Below are positions 51,966-64,000 of a stretch of 64,000 bases of DNA, piece by piece. The position numbers were made by a program, and so were the translations under genes. The notes beneath the pieces are model-generated. The model had not been told where the DNA came from. It made no database searches and saw nothing but the letters and a program-made list of their open reading frames with translations. This stretch comes from Octopus sinensis (lineage: Eukaryota), in NCBI RefSeq assembly GCF_006345805.1, contig NC_043003.1, positions 57,846,001 to 57,910,000 on the forward strand. Direction: 5' to 3'. Within the stretch, counting starts at the first letter, position 1. Every line of letters starts with the position of its first letter.

Positions 51966-52294
51966 ACACACATACACACACTCTCTCAAACACTCACACA
52001 CACAGACTCATACACACATACACACACACACACACACGCTCACACACACACATACACACATTCACACACACTCATGCACACTCACACAAACACTCACATA
52101 CACACACTCACACACTCTCTCTTTCACACACACACACACACACTCACACACAAATCCTCTAATTGCAAAAGCAGGCAGATCTCTTAGTTGACAAACAGCC
52201 AACAAGAAGGGCATCTGGCTGTAAAATAATGTCTAAATTAAACAGTCACCATTCTTTAAGTAGATAGATAGGTAGGTATGTAGGTAGGTAGGTA

Positions 52295-52700
52295 GGCAGA
52301 AACGTTAGCATGCCAGGTGAAATGCTTAGCGGTATTTCGTCTGCCGGCACGTTCTGAGTTCAAATTCCGCCGAGGTCGACTTTGCCTTTCATCCTTTCGG
52401 GGTCGATAAATTAAGTACCAGTTACGCACTGGGGGTCGATATAATCGACTTAATCTGTTTGTCTGTCCTTGATTGTCCGCTCTGTGTTTAGCCCCTTGTG
52501 GGTAGTAAAGAAATAGGTATTTCGTCTGCCATTACGTTCTGAGTTCAAATTCCGCCGAGGTCGACTTTGCCTTTCATCCTTCTGGGGTTGATAAATTAAG
52601 TACCAGTTACACACTGGGGCTGATGTTAATCAACTTAATATCTTTGTCTGCCCTTGATTGTCCCCTCTATGTTTAGCCCCTTGTGGGTAATAAAGGAATA
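52295..52700 (+). mobile_element. Family B SINE dimer in a (TAGG)n tract
   Basis: The second unit starts at the internal GGTATTTCGTCTG, directly after the GAAATA 3' end of the first. Confidence 0.85.
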
Positions 52701-52962
52701 AGATAGGTAGGTAGGTAGGCAGGCAGGCAGGCAGGCAGGCAGGCAGACAGACAGACATAAATGTATGATTGATTGATTGATTCTAGTTTCAGCTCATGAG
52801 CTGTGGCCATGCTGGGGCACCGCCATATATGCATGCATATAGATATAAATATATGCATTTTTATTCTGATTTTCTTTGACTTTTCTATCACTTTCCCTTT
52901 CTTTTCTTCCTCTCTGTCTATTCCTGTGTTTCATCTTTCCTTATTTTTTTCTCCCTCCTTCC

Positions 52963-53002
<40 letters not shown>

Positions 53003-53689
53003 AACTAATGTTTAGAGTGATAAGTCCACTTAATGAATGTTGGTTATTGGTGTTGTTATTTAAACCTTTGATCATAATTCATTGCTTTCTTCTTTCTTTC
53101 TTTCTTTCTCCCTCTCTCCCTCTTTCTCTCCCTCCCACTCTCAGTATATATAGTTTACTAGGAATTGATCCGGATGCATGTGTGTGTGTGTGTATGTACC
53201 CGAGTGTATACACACACACATACATTCATGCATATGTGCGTATGTACGTACTTACGTATGTATGTTACAAGCCATGAAGTTCAAAGAGAATTCCGCAAAT
53301 GCCACAGGTGAGATGGAGACCCATTACCGTTTCTTTTAATCACTGATGACTGCTCCATCATTTGTTCTACCAAATTCCTGCTGCTGTCCAAAATATCCAA
53401 TTTGCTTTGCTGTGTTGGTTTCCTGTATCACCAACTTCACTAGTGTTGATTACATACATACATGCATACAAATACATACATATATATATATATGTATATT
53501 TATGTATATATGCATATATGTATGCATATACCTATATACCTGGTAGTCTTGGTAAAGAACAAAGAGGTCCATGTATAATTAAGTGCTCATTGCATTATAT
53601 GTGGGATAGGAATGTTCTGCATACAGTAGAGACAAATTCCATGTGTAAATTTCATAAATATATATATATATATATAAATTTATACGTGC

Positions 53690-53733
<44 letters not shown>

Positions 53734-54014
53734 GTGCATTTATATGTGTGTGTGTGTATGTATATTGATTAGTTATAGGATTCATTAGGAATCAAGGCAT
53801 ATCAACAAGTAGGATGCCAGGAGTGGCTTGATACTTAGTATTGAGCTCATAGTAAGGTAAAACAACATTTAGTTGTCAGATGCTGCTAGTGTACCGTAAG
53901 TATGCACATAGACATACATACGCATATATATCTATATATATATGTATGTATGTATGTATGTAAGTACATATTCGCTTGCACACTGGTGCCAAATCCAATA
54001 CAAACCATAGATCT

Positions 54015-54048
<34 letters not shown>

Positions 54049-54267
54049 CATACTTACAGTACACTACTAATAAAGAAAGAATGTTCTATAGTCCCCCCCC
54101 CACACACACACACACATACAGAGACAGACAGACAGACAGAGTGGCTCTGCTAGCCCAATAATTTCTGGAAGTTATACATAGTTCCGTGGGCTGAAAAATT
54201 TGGTCTTTCAAATATTTTTCATTTTACTTTTCTTTTTTTTTTTTTTTTTTTGTTACTTCAGTAATGT

Positions 54268-54400
54268 GAAGGTGCATGGCTCTGTGGTTAAGAGCGTTGG
54301 GCTCACAATCATGGGGTAATGAGTTCAATTCTCAGATTGTGCTGTGTTCTTGAGCAAGACACTTTATTTCACAGTACTCCTGTTCACTCTTATACTGACC
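54268..54400 (+). mobile_element. Family E tRNA-derived SINE (related minus copies at ~49440-49565 and ~61590-61786)
   Basis: GCATGGCTCTGTGGTTAAGAGCG..GAGTTCAATTCT..TGTGTTCTTGAGCAAGACACTTTATTTCAC. Confidence 0.65.
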
Positions 54401-54849
54401 CTGGGTGAGAACCACTGGTTCAGTTAAACAACTTAATCCCAGTACTTTTTATTTAAATAATCTTTATTTATGCATATTTTGCCATGGTTGGAATCAGCAG
54501 AAAATGGAGAACCAGTCAGATATTGGTGGTGGAACAGGGCAGAGTAGGGCCTTTTGCATTTGGCGATTCTTTACTTAAAAGTTAGAAATCTTTATTCTTT
54601 CATCCTTCTGGGGGTTACTAAAATAGGTACCAATTAAACAATCAATTACAGGAGACAGGTGTTGGTGTAAGTGTTGATCTCTTAATCCATTACCTTATCT
54701 CTCCTTCCCCTCCTAAAAGAAACTACGAGCTTCTGTGCTTATGTCAGAAATCATTAAAATTCCTTCAATAAACATTTTAGAAGTTTTTTTTTTTGCATGC
54801 TTATTTTTTTGTTTCTATAGTTATTTTTTTAATTAATGGCATTTTACCG

Positions 54850-55080
54850 ATATTTCCATGTATGATTTCATGTATCATACTATGTGTGCTTACGCATATT
54901 CTATGTGTGACTGTGTATATTTTTCTATGTGTGATTGTATGTGTAATACTGTGTGTAATTGCGTGTTCTACTCCATGTGTAATTGTGTACATACTTCTGA
55001 ATGCAATTTTGTGTGTTTATCTTTCTGTGGTTTCGCGTATGTTTGTGCATATTTTCCTCTGTGTGCTTGTGTATAAATTC
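54850..55080. repeat. Degenerate 12/24-bp minisatellite (..CTATGTGTGATTGT..)
   Basis: Recurring ILCV in the plus-strand ORF reflects the periodicity. Confidence 0.55.
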
Positions 55081-56052
55081 TATATTTGTGTCTGTGGTCT
55101 TCGTTCAGTCAAGTCTTGAAGTAATTCTTCAGCCCAAAATCCCTCTATTTCAGCTGTTATTGTTATTGTTGTTGTTGCTGCTGTTGCTGTTGTTACTTCA
55201 ATTAAGAACTAATCAAATTTGTTCTAAAGTAACCATTAGTTTAATGAAATACCTTCTCTTTTTTTTTTTGCCTTTAATCTCTTTATTTATTTTTAACAGC
55301 TTAGCATCTCTTATTATTGTTTACACTGTTGTTTTGGTATGTGTGTGTGTGTGTGCAATAAGAAGGCAGGGATTTCACTGTAGGAATTTTGCGGCAGTTT
55401 TGTTTTTTTTTTTATTTTTAGAATTTAAAAAAAATTTTTCTTCTAAGCATTGTTTTTTCTTCTTGGTTTTCATAGTTATTTGGTGTTAAGTCTGTAAACA
55501 CATTGAAAGATTATAACTGGAGGTGTCTGGGCTGTCTGTTTCAGTTCTTCTCTTTGCATACGCACACATATCTCACACTCATTCTAGACACAGGTACATC
55601 ATCACAGTAAACACTAATACATCACTGTGGACATATGCGCAACCCGTGATGTGTTGACGATAAACATCACATCGTAGACACAGAGACATCACACTGACCA
55701 CACTACATCACATCATAGACACATGATCTTCATAGACACACACACACATATATATGTATGTGAATTCACACACATATCACAGTATAGATCAGAACCTTAC
55801 ACATGCACATCACAAGATGTAAAATTGTCACGTCATATGACATCACAGATACATCACATGCACACACTCTCTCTCTCTCTCTCTGTATCTATCTTTCTAT
55901 CTATCTCTGTCTCTCCTTATCTATCTGTCTTTCTGTTTGTCTGTCTCTTCAGCTGTCAATATATCTACCTATTTCTATCTCTTTGCATCTATATAGTTAT
56001 CTACCTGTCTGTCTTACCTTTCTATATGTATTTCTATCTATTTACCTGTCTG

Positions 56053-56108
<56 letters not shown>

Positions 56109-57189
56109 CCTAACTACCTGTCTATCTATCTATCTGTCTGTCTGTCTGTCTGTCTGTTTATCTACCTATCTATCTCTATGTCTGTCTATCATATTTCTAT
56201 TTATCACATATCTATCTGTCACTCTCTCCTACATACATTAATACATATTGCTCTAATACAAAGAAACACACCTTTATACACTCAATCATACACAATCATT
56301 GATACACTCACCACATACTCACATATTCATATAAACACATACACACTCCATAACACATGCCTCTATGCATGCATACATATGCATATGTATGTATATATAT
56401 GTATGTCAGTGTGTTAGCTTCCTGATGTTTGTATATATTTGTGTGTGACTTAATACAAAGGCCAGAAGCAGCTCTGTTAATCTCACTTATTAGACTAGTT
56501 GTACCAATATATAACTACAGGACTAAATCTCCATTTGGTAAATTAATCTCTGCCAATGAAATAAAGCAGGATAAGGATTACAATGGCAGCAACAGCGATG
56601 ATAGCGGTGGCATTGGTGTTGTTGGTGGTGGGGGTATTGATAATTCTTTCTGTCTTTGTTATTGCCACTAGGGCCCATTAATTCACACAACAAAACAAAA
56701 AGTAAAAGACGAAACACACCCACCCTGCACACACACGACCACCATGCAAAAGTGTTATAAAATGTGTAGAAATAAACCCAAACAAAGTTGGATTTTTTTC
56801 TTTGTTTTTGTTTTTTTCCAAAAACATAAACCTAATTGGAGGGTCAGAGACATTCCACGATATATTAGACATTTTCTATTTATTTATTTATTTATTTATT
56901 TATTTATTGAAATTGCACAAAAAAATTATAATCTTTTTTATTGCCACAAGTGTAGCTAACGATGTTTAATGGATGCTGAGGATAATGATGGTGGGTGTAA
57001 AAAAATAACAATAATGTTGGTAATGATAATGATAGTGATGGAGGTTATGGTGGTGGTGGCAGTGGCAGAGATGATTGTATGGGTGATAATAATGGTTTCG
57101 AATTTTGGTAAAAGACCTGCGATTTTAAAGGGAGGGGTTTTGATTGATACCATCGACACCCAGTGCTCAACTGGTACTTACTTTATCAA

Positions 57190-57430
57190 GTAAAGGCAGC
57201 GATCTGGCAGAAACGTTAGCACACCGGGCGAAAAGCTCAGTGGTATTTCGTCTGCCACTACGTTCTGAGTTCAAATTCCGCCAAAGTCGACTTTGCCTTT
57301 CGTCCTTTCGGGGTCGATTAAATAAGTACCAGTTATGCACTGGGGTCGATATAATCAACTTAATCTGTTTGTCTGTCCTTGTTTGTCCTCTCTGTGTTTA
57401 GCCCCTTGTGGGTAGTAAGGAAATAGGTAT
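57190..57430 (+). mobile_element. Young family B SINE nested in an older minus-strand family B copy (57105-57500)
   Basis: 12-bp TSD TTACTTTATCAA at 57178-57189 and 57431-57442; CpGs retained in the inserted copy. Confidence 0.85.
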
Positions 57431-57685
57431 TTACTTTATCAACCCCTGAAAAGATGAAAAACTGATTCAATCTTGGTAGAATTTGAACTCACAATGTAGT
57501 ATTTTGGAAGAAATACCGTTGAGTATTGTGTACAACATGTCAATGTGGTACATAACTTGGAAACTGGCCCTATGAGTCCATGTGACTTGGGAAGGAGTGA
57601 TGGCATTTACATCATATACTAAATTTTATAATGTCTATATTAGTAACAGACAGGACAACAGACTCAATGACAGTACTAATCAAAC

Positions 57686-58071
57686 TTAACCACTTGGCAT
57701 TTAAACTGGGCATATCCAGCTCAAATATTCTACCTGGTTTATGTTCATACTGACCAGATCTGGCCTCTCACACCTACCTACAATGTCATTCTAGAAGTAA
57801 ACAACCACATCAACATGAAATCTTGAAGGTACAAGATGATGCATGATTAATTCAAAACAATCACCATCCTCATCATTTAACATCTATTTTCCATGTTGGC
57901 ATGGGTTGGACAGTTTGACAGGAGCTGGCCAACCAGGGAGCTGTGGCATGGTTTTGTACAGCTAAAGGCCCTCCCTAATGCCAACCATTTTACTGAGTGT
58001 GTTGGGTGCTGACTTAGTAATGTGAATAAATAAGCATTAGATTTGGTTAAATATCAATGCTAAATGGTTAA
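57686..58071 (-). mobile_element. piggyBac-type MITE with a family C SINE inserted at 57862-58018
   Basis: TTAA-CCACTTGGCATT ... AATGCTAAATGG-TTAA. Confidence 0.75.
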
Positions 58072-58344
58072 GCTAATACAGGAAAATAGGACCCCTGTGA
58101 GCAATGTAGGGCCTTCAGATTTTGCTGTATGGCTCTACTATTTTCTTCACCCTATTAAGATCTTTATAGGGTCTAACATGATGCTGGATGGTTCCACAAA
58201 AATAGCTCTTTCATGATTTAGTCTAAGCATAAAATTCCTAAGCTGTATCTTCCTGTGAATCTCTCCACACGAAAGACATGGACTCTGTGACTTTGTAATA
58301 ATGCGTGTCTCTCTCATGCATTCTGATTATGGTAGTGATGAAGG

Positions 58345-58542
58345 GTTTAAATTTTGGCATAAGGCCAGCAAAGTCAGGGGATTACATCAACCTCAGTGCA
58401 TAATGGTACTTATTTTATCAACCCCCAAAAGGATGAAAGTCAAAGTAGACCTCCGCAGAATTTGAACTCAGAATGTTAAGACAGACAAAATGCCTCTAGG
58501 TGTCTTGCCCAGCATCCTAACGATTCTACCAGATCACTGCCT

Positions 58543-58574
<32 letters not shown>

Positions 58575-58790
58575 CCTTTCTACTATAGGCACAAGGCCTG
58601 AAATTTTGAAGGAGGGGGCTAGTCAATACGATTGACCCCAATGCACACCTGGTACTTAATTTATCGACCCCCAAAAGGATGAAAGGCAAAGTCAACCTTG
58701 GTGGAATTTAAAACCAGAATGTAGTAATGTGCGAAATACCGATAAATGTTTTTCCCCAGCATACTAATTATTCTGCCAGTTCACCACCTT
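58345..58790 (-). mobile_element. Two tandem, CpG-decayed family B SINEs
   Basis: AAGGATGAAAG(T/G)CAAAGT..GAA(C/A)..AGAATGT segments separated by (AAT)n. Confidence 0.75.
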
Positions 58791-60550
58791 GAAGAATAAT
58801 AATAATAATAATGATAATAATAATAATAATGAAATATTCCCTCTTGTTGCTCCCTAAGATGGTTGCTTTGTGATATAATTCCAATTTAGTTTTGGAAATT
58901 CTTGTAGCTGTTACTTCTCTTCCCTTCTATTCTTTGATAAAATGTCCAACTGTTGCACAAGTGTTGTTTGGTGGTGATTACTTACGGGTGGCTGTGAGGC
59001 TAATAATAGTAGTGGTGGTGGTGAAGGTGATGATGATGATGAAAAATGAATAATAATGATGATGATGGTGGTGGTGGTGGTGGTAGTGGTGATGATGACA
59101 AAAATATAAACAATGCAAACAGTTACACAAAACAAAAGAAAATACATTATGGAAAAAAAAATAAACATATGAAGAAGTATGGGGTTTTGGGGGAGGGGAA
59201 GGAATTGTGTGAATGTCCCTTTTGAAGAAGATTTGCAAGAAAACAATTTATACTTCAAAAGTAATCATGATGTTCAGCCCCTTCAAGAAAAAGAAATTTC
59301 AAAAAAAAAAAAAAAAAGCGTTGGATGAGGTGGACTGAATAAATAAATAAATTAATAAAAAATAGAATGGTGAGAAAGGAAAAAAAAAATACCCAGAGAC
59401 ACCTGCTGCATGTAAGCCTAATAGTAAAGCGGGTAGTAAAATAATATTACTTAATGCTGTGAAGTCAAAATTTTAATTAATATTATTATGTTCGTTATGA
59501 TGAGAGAGAGAGAGAGAGAAAAAAAAAGATAATAAATTATCTTAATGATTAATTCTGTTTGAGTCATCAGTACTACTAAAAAGGAGAAAAAAATGTAATA
59601 AAATCTGTGGCGGTGTGTGGGAGGGAGGGTAGCGGGGGGGACTAAAAATAAATAAACAAATATTATTAAAATAAACATGCAAAAAATAAATAAATTAGAA
59701 TTAAAGTAAATTGAAATAAAATTAAATGAGCAAGATTAAATAAAATGAATGTAAGAATTATGAGATGTTTGTAAGGATGTTGTTGTTGTTCTTGTCGGCG
59801 GTGGTAGTGGTGGTGGTGCCGTTGTTGTTGTTGTTGTGTTGTTGTTGTTGTTGTTGTTGTTTAAGATCCCAGGTCAAAACAGATTCAGCAGATCTTATGA
59901 TCAAAGATGTTCCAGCTGTGACCAACCCACCTTTTTTTTTATCTTATTTTTATTTCATTTCATTTCGTTTTAATTTATTTTATTTGTACATGTGTGTGTG
60001 TGTGGTGTGTGTGTGTGTGTGTGTGTGGTTGTTTTGCTTCACATAATTCATGATATGTGATGATGGATTTCTGTCAGTTTCCGTGATGAGCTCTTCCATC
60101 ATTTCTGTTTGTTCGATCAAACTGAACTGCTGCCTCGTCATCATCATCTCATCATCATCATCAGCATCATCATCATCATCATTTTGATAGCCACTTTTCC
60201 ATGCTGGCATGGTTGGACAGAGTTTTACTAAAGCAGATTTTCCTACAGACGGATGCCCTTCCTATCACCAGATTTCCCCCATCTCTTCCTCCTCCTCTTA
60301 CTCTCTCTCTCTATATATATAAATATCTTTTTCTTTTTTGTTTCTATTTCTATCTGTAACTTTGTGTCTTGTTTCTCTCTCTCTCTCACTCCCTCTCTTT
60401 CTCTCTCTCTCCCTCTCTCTTTCTCCCAAGCTGTATTGAATGTGGTTTGTTTGTTGTTTCAATTTCTGGTTCCCATCCACCCAGTCCAAGATAACCACAC
60501 ACGTACATTTGCATGTGTATGCATGTATACACGCACACACACGCGCGCAG

Positions 60551-60583
<33 letters not shown>

Positions 60584-60747
60584 TATGAAAGAGAGAGAAG
60601 ATAAAGGTATACATGTAAGATTTTGTATACACTTATGAAAGCAACATATAACTATATACATATATAACCATTACTAGACTACTACACTACTACTACTACT
60701 ACTACTAACTCATACAATGCTTGTTTGCTTATCTCTCTCTCTCTCTC

Positions 60748-60790
<43 letters not shown>

Positions 60791-60964
60791 CCTTGGAGAC
60801 ATATCAAGACCATGACTTATTCTTTTGCCAACAAACCAAACATAAAGAACCTGATACAATTGTTTCATGTTAATTAAATTATTCCATTTAATTTTTCTTG
60901 TGCTCTTGGACACTGACTGCTTCTTTGCAACCTTTTACGCTTTCTTTAGTGTCTCAATAAAATG

Positions 60965-62110
60965 AATAAGTGCCAGTCTTTCACAAAGTCTTACCTTCTT
61001 GTAATCATAATCAAGAGGCATTTTGCCTATTCTATGTTAATTATACATATTAGCATCTTGTAAAATAGTTACATGTTTTTGTACATTGGTAAACTGGTGT
61101 TTTTTACCTCTTGTAAAATGGTGCTTCTGTTTGTTGTGGACAAATATATATTCAGCTCTTGGAAAATAATGGTATTTACCACTTGTGAAATAAAGGCATT
61201 CACATTTGGTAAAATATAAATATTTGCCTCTTGTAAAACATAGGTCTTCATCGTCGTCGTCATCATTTACTGTCTGTTTTCCATGCTGGCATGGGTTAGA
61301 TGGTTTGACCACGGTTGGTAATCTTGAGAACAACACTTAGCTCTACTGTCTGCCTCGACATGGTTTTTTACAGCTGGAGGCCCTTCCTAATGCCAACCAC
61401 ATTTACAGGGTAGGCTGGGTGCTTTTTATATGGCACATAATCTGCAAGAAAATGTTCATCTGAGAGAGGGAGTGGTATTGAAGGAGGCGTGCCTAATGAT
61501 GAGGGGTTGAACTATCATAAGGGTTTCCTTCTGGAGTCATGCTGACTTGTAAGGGCCAGTTTCCTCGTTTCTGTGGCATATATATATATATATTCCACAC
61601 CTAGATGGGACAGACACTGGTCCATCACAGGATTATTTATTTTTGCCAGCTAAGTAGACTAAAACAACATGAAATGAAGTGTTTAGCTCAAGAACACAAT
61701 GCATTGCCTGGCCTAAGAATTGAAACCACAATCTTACAATCGTGAGTCCAAACACCCTAACTAACCACTAAACCACGTGCTTCCACTAAACTATGACAGA
61801 GAGACAAGTATTCTCTTTCGTAAAATATAGGCATTTGTCTCTTGTAAAAATACAGGTGTTTCTCTCTTTTACAAACCACAGGTTTTATCCTTTGCAAAAT
61901 GGTGCATCTTTATCCTTCACAAATTGTCAGGTTTTATCCTGTTTATCAAGACATCTTTAATCTCATGAGATTTTGTGGTCTTTGCTTCTAATAAAGAAAT
62001 GTATTGTTTTTTTCTAATATAAATCTTTTGCTTTTCATAACTCGTAACTAGGTTTTTTTTCTTCTAATGTTAGGCCTCTGTCTTTCGCTAAGATCGGTTC
62101 TCTAATGATA
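60965..62110 (-). repeat. Degenerate 24-bp array split by SINE insertions at 61250-61788
   Basis: Minus-strand units such as TTTACAAGAGGCAAATATTTATAT, TTTACCAAATGTGAATGCCTTTAT, TTCACAAGTGGTAAATACCATTAT and TTTACAAGAGGTAAAAAACACCAG. Confidence 0.7.
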
Positions 62111-62584
62111 GAAATTCTTTGTCTCTCGAACGAGGTCATATTTTTTTCTTCACACATGCTCTCCACATTCTCTCACACAAGATCTTGTACTTTTAAAGAT
62201 GTTTCCGAGTGACAAGAACACTTCTTGTCAGTAACTAATTTTTCAGAACATTACACCAGCTGTTGTTCGACTCCTACAAACTGCTGCTAATCACTTTAAG
62301 TTCTTAACCAATCACAATCTAGTGCTGTCATTTCACTTGGGATGTCTTTCTGCTTTTATTTCTTCTACCCAAGTGATATAAAAAAAAATTTAAAAATGGA
62401 GGTGATCTGTCTTTCAAATGGATAATGTGATGAAGAAAAAAGAAGGCAACTTTAATCTATTTTTCATTATTGCTTCTAATATTCTACCACCTGTTGTTTT
62501 CTTTTCTTTTAATCTTGTTGATGTGTTTGGGAAAGGCATAAACTTCACAACATCGTATAAATTGCAATTTTCACTTGCTAGTAT

Positions 62585-62995
62585 TTAACCCTTTTAGCAT
62601 TCAAGCCAGCCATATATTCTACTTGTTTTATGGTCAAATTGGCCAGATCCAGCTTCTTGTACCTACCCTACAGTGTCAATCCAAAAATAAACAATCCCAA
62701 GGCTACAAGATAATAACAGGATAAATTCAAAACAATGTGAATTAATAAGTATTACATTTGACAGAATAATCTCAATGCTAAAGGGTTAAACCAGCTATAA
62801 TATCCAGTCCAAATATTTTATAATCAGATCAAGCCTCTCACACCTACTCTACAATGCCATTCTAAAAATAATTACATCACTGAAATCTCAAAGCTCTGAG
62901 ATAATGCCTGATTAATTCAAAACAATATGGATGAATAGTTCTTACATTTGATAGAGTAACCTGAATACCAAAGGACAAAAGTTTCACACAATTTC
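62585..62995 (-). mobile_element. piggyBac-type MITE (62585-62789) plus an adjoining partial second copy sharing the TTAA
   Basis: TTAA-CCCTTTTAGCATT ... AATGCTAAAGGG-TTAA; the following sequence repeats CCTCTCACACCTAC..TACAATG..ATTAATTCAAAACAAT. Confidence 0.8.
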
Positions 62996-63589
62996 ATTTA
63001 TTCATTTTTTGCTCTTTTGTCTCTCCCCCCCCCCCCATCATTCTTGCGTGACCACTGTCTGAAATTCTGAACCATCCTGTGTTTTCGTTATGATGTAAAA
63101 TTAATTACTTTCTACATATGTTTTCTGTCCCTGAAATCATCTTGAATAACATAATTCCCATCTCCTGTTGCGTAAATCAACACATACACTCATAAATATA
63201 ACAAAATTGTATAATGTTTCAACAAGCAGTTACGTAATCCTAGCAGTGATTTGCCAAAACATGTATGTGTTTTATAGAGCATAAAATACCATATCTGTTT
63301 TATTGATACTATATACGTGTGTGTGTGTGTGTGTGCATGCACGCACATGTGCATATGCAAGCTAGACTTGCAATATTTGTTCCGGTTCTTTACATTCTAA
63401 GTTCAAATCTCATCAAGGTCGCGTTTGTCTTTTGTTCTTCCAAAGTCTACAAAATGAAGTACCAATCACTTGTTGGAGCTGATGGCTGTTAGCTAAACCC
63501 CTCCTCTTCTCAAAATCTCTGGTCTTGTACTTAAATTTAAAACAACTGTTTTAAAGGCATTTGATTGGCAGAGTTGTTAGAGCCAATAT

Positions 63590-63965
63590 CCAGGGCTTCA
63601 TCACTCCGGAATGAGAAGAAGGAGTCCCTCCTTGGACTTCTGTCTCCAGTCAGTCTTGTAGGCCCAGATAGTGGGTGAGATCATTTTGCCATCTTGTTCT
63701 TAGATCAACCTCTTCATTTTGCCCATTGTCTTGTTATCCATTCCGTCACCCTGCATATCCGTCTGTTGTCCTTCAGTCACATGATGTGGCCAGCGCATCT
63801 ATATTTGTTCTCTTTGATGGGTCTTATGGTGTAATTGACTCTCATGTACCTTTGAATCCAGACATTGGTTTTCTTGTCCTGCAATGGGATGCCAAGCATG
63901 GTTTGTTCCATTTTCCTTTGGGCTACATTGAGGGCATTTATGATTGTTTGAGCATCAGAGAAAAA
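63590..63965 (-). pseudogene. RTE-clade LINE reverse transcriptase C-terminal remnant
   Basis: Reads AQTIINALNVAQRKMEQTMLGIPLQDKKTNVWIQRYMRVNYTIRPIKENKYRCAGHIM*LKDNRRICRVTEWITRQWAK*RG, matching the RTE pattern (AQRKMER.MLGI.L.D...N.WIR..WAGH..R..TEW); multiple stops. Confidence 0.85.
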
Positions 63966-64000
63966 TTACCCTGCAAAGTTCATTTCTTCTCTTCACATTT

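Noticed and set aside
60985-61015. Minus-strand MPLDYDYKK followed by a strong GTAAGA donor
   Set aside because: TTACAAGAAGGTAA is a variant of the 24-bp array unit (TTTACAAGAGGTAA), so the splice-like signal is explained by the repeat.

Overview
AT-rich eukaryotic DNA dominated by microsatellites and retroposons. The SINE families, (TA)n/(CA)n/(TCTA)n/(CAT)n tracts and RTE-type tails look like a coleoid cephalopod (Octopus-like) genome; this is inferred from repeat content only. I find no confidently intact protein-coding gene, tRNA, rRNA or CRISPR array, and almost all listed ORFs are microsatellite translations. Recognisable coding remnants are a near-full-length Tc1 transposase pseudogene (9.67-10.54 kb, minus) and two RTE-clade LINE fragments (27.2 kb with a 14-bp TSD; 63.6-64 kb). 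Non-autonomous elements include about five SINE families, piggyBac-type MITEs (TTAA) and Merlin-type MITEs (GG termini, 8-9 bp TSD). The most interesting signals are: a 233-bp near-perfect palindrome (34.75-34.98 kb); minimal hammerhead-ribozyme motifs of Penelope-like type with an extra A in the core (32.0, 33.6 and possibly 38.3 kb); a degenerate 24-bp array reading as an 8-aa repeat and split by SINEs (61-62 kb); a chimeric SINE dimer inside one TSD; two opposite-orientation SINE insertions at the same site of a MITE; paired CREs in an inverted repeat; microsatellite-bounded tandem duplications, some possibly assembly artefacts; and an apparent CpG-retaining central domain between CpG-depleted flanks. 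SINE family letters A-E are my own working labels.
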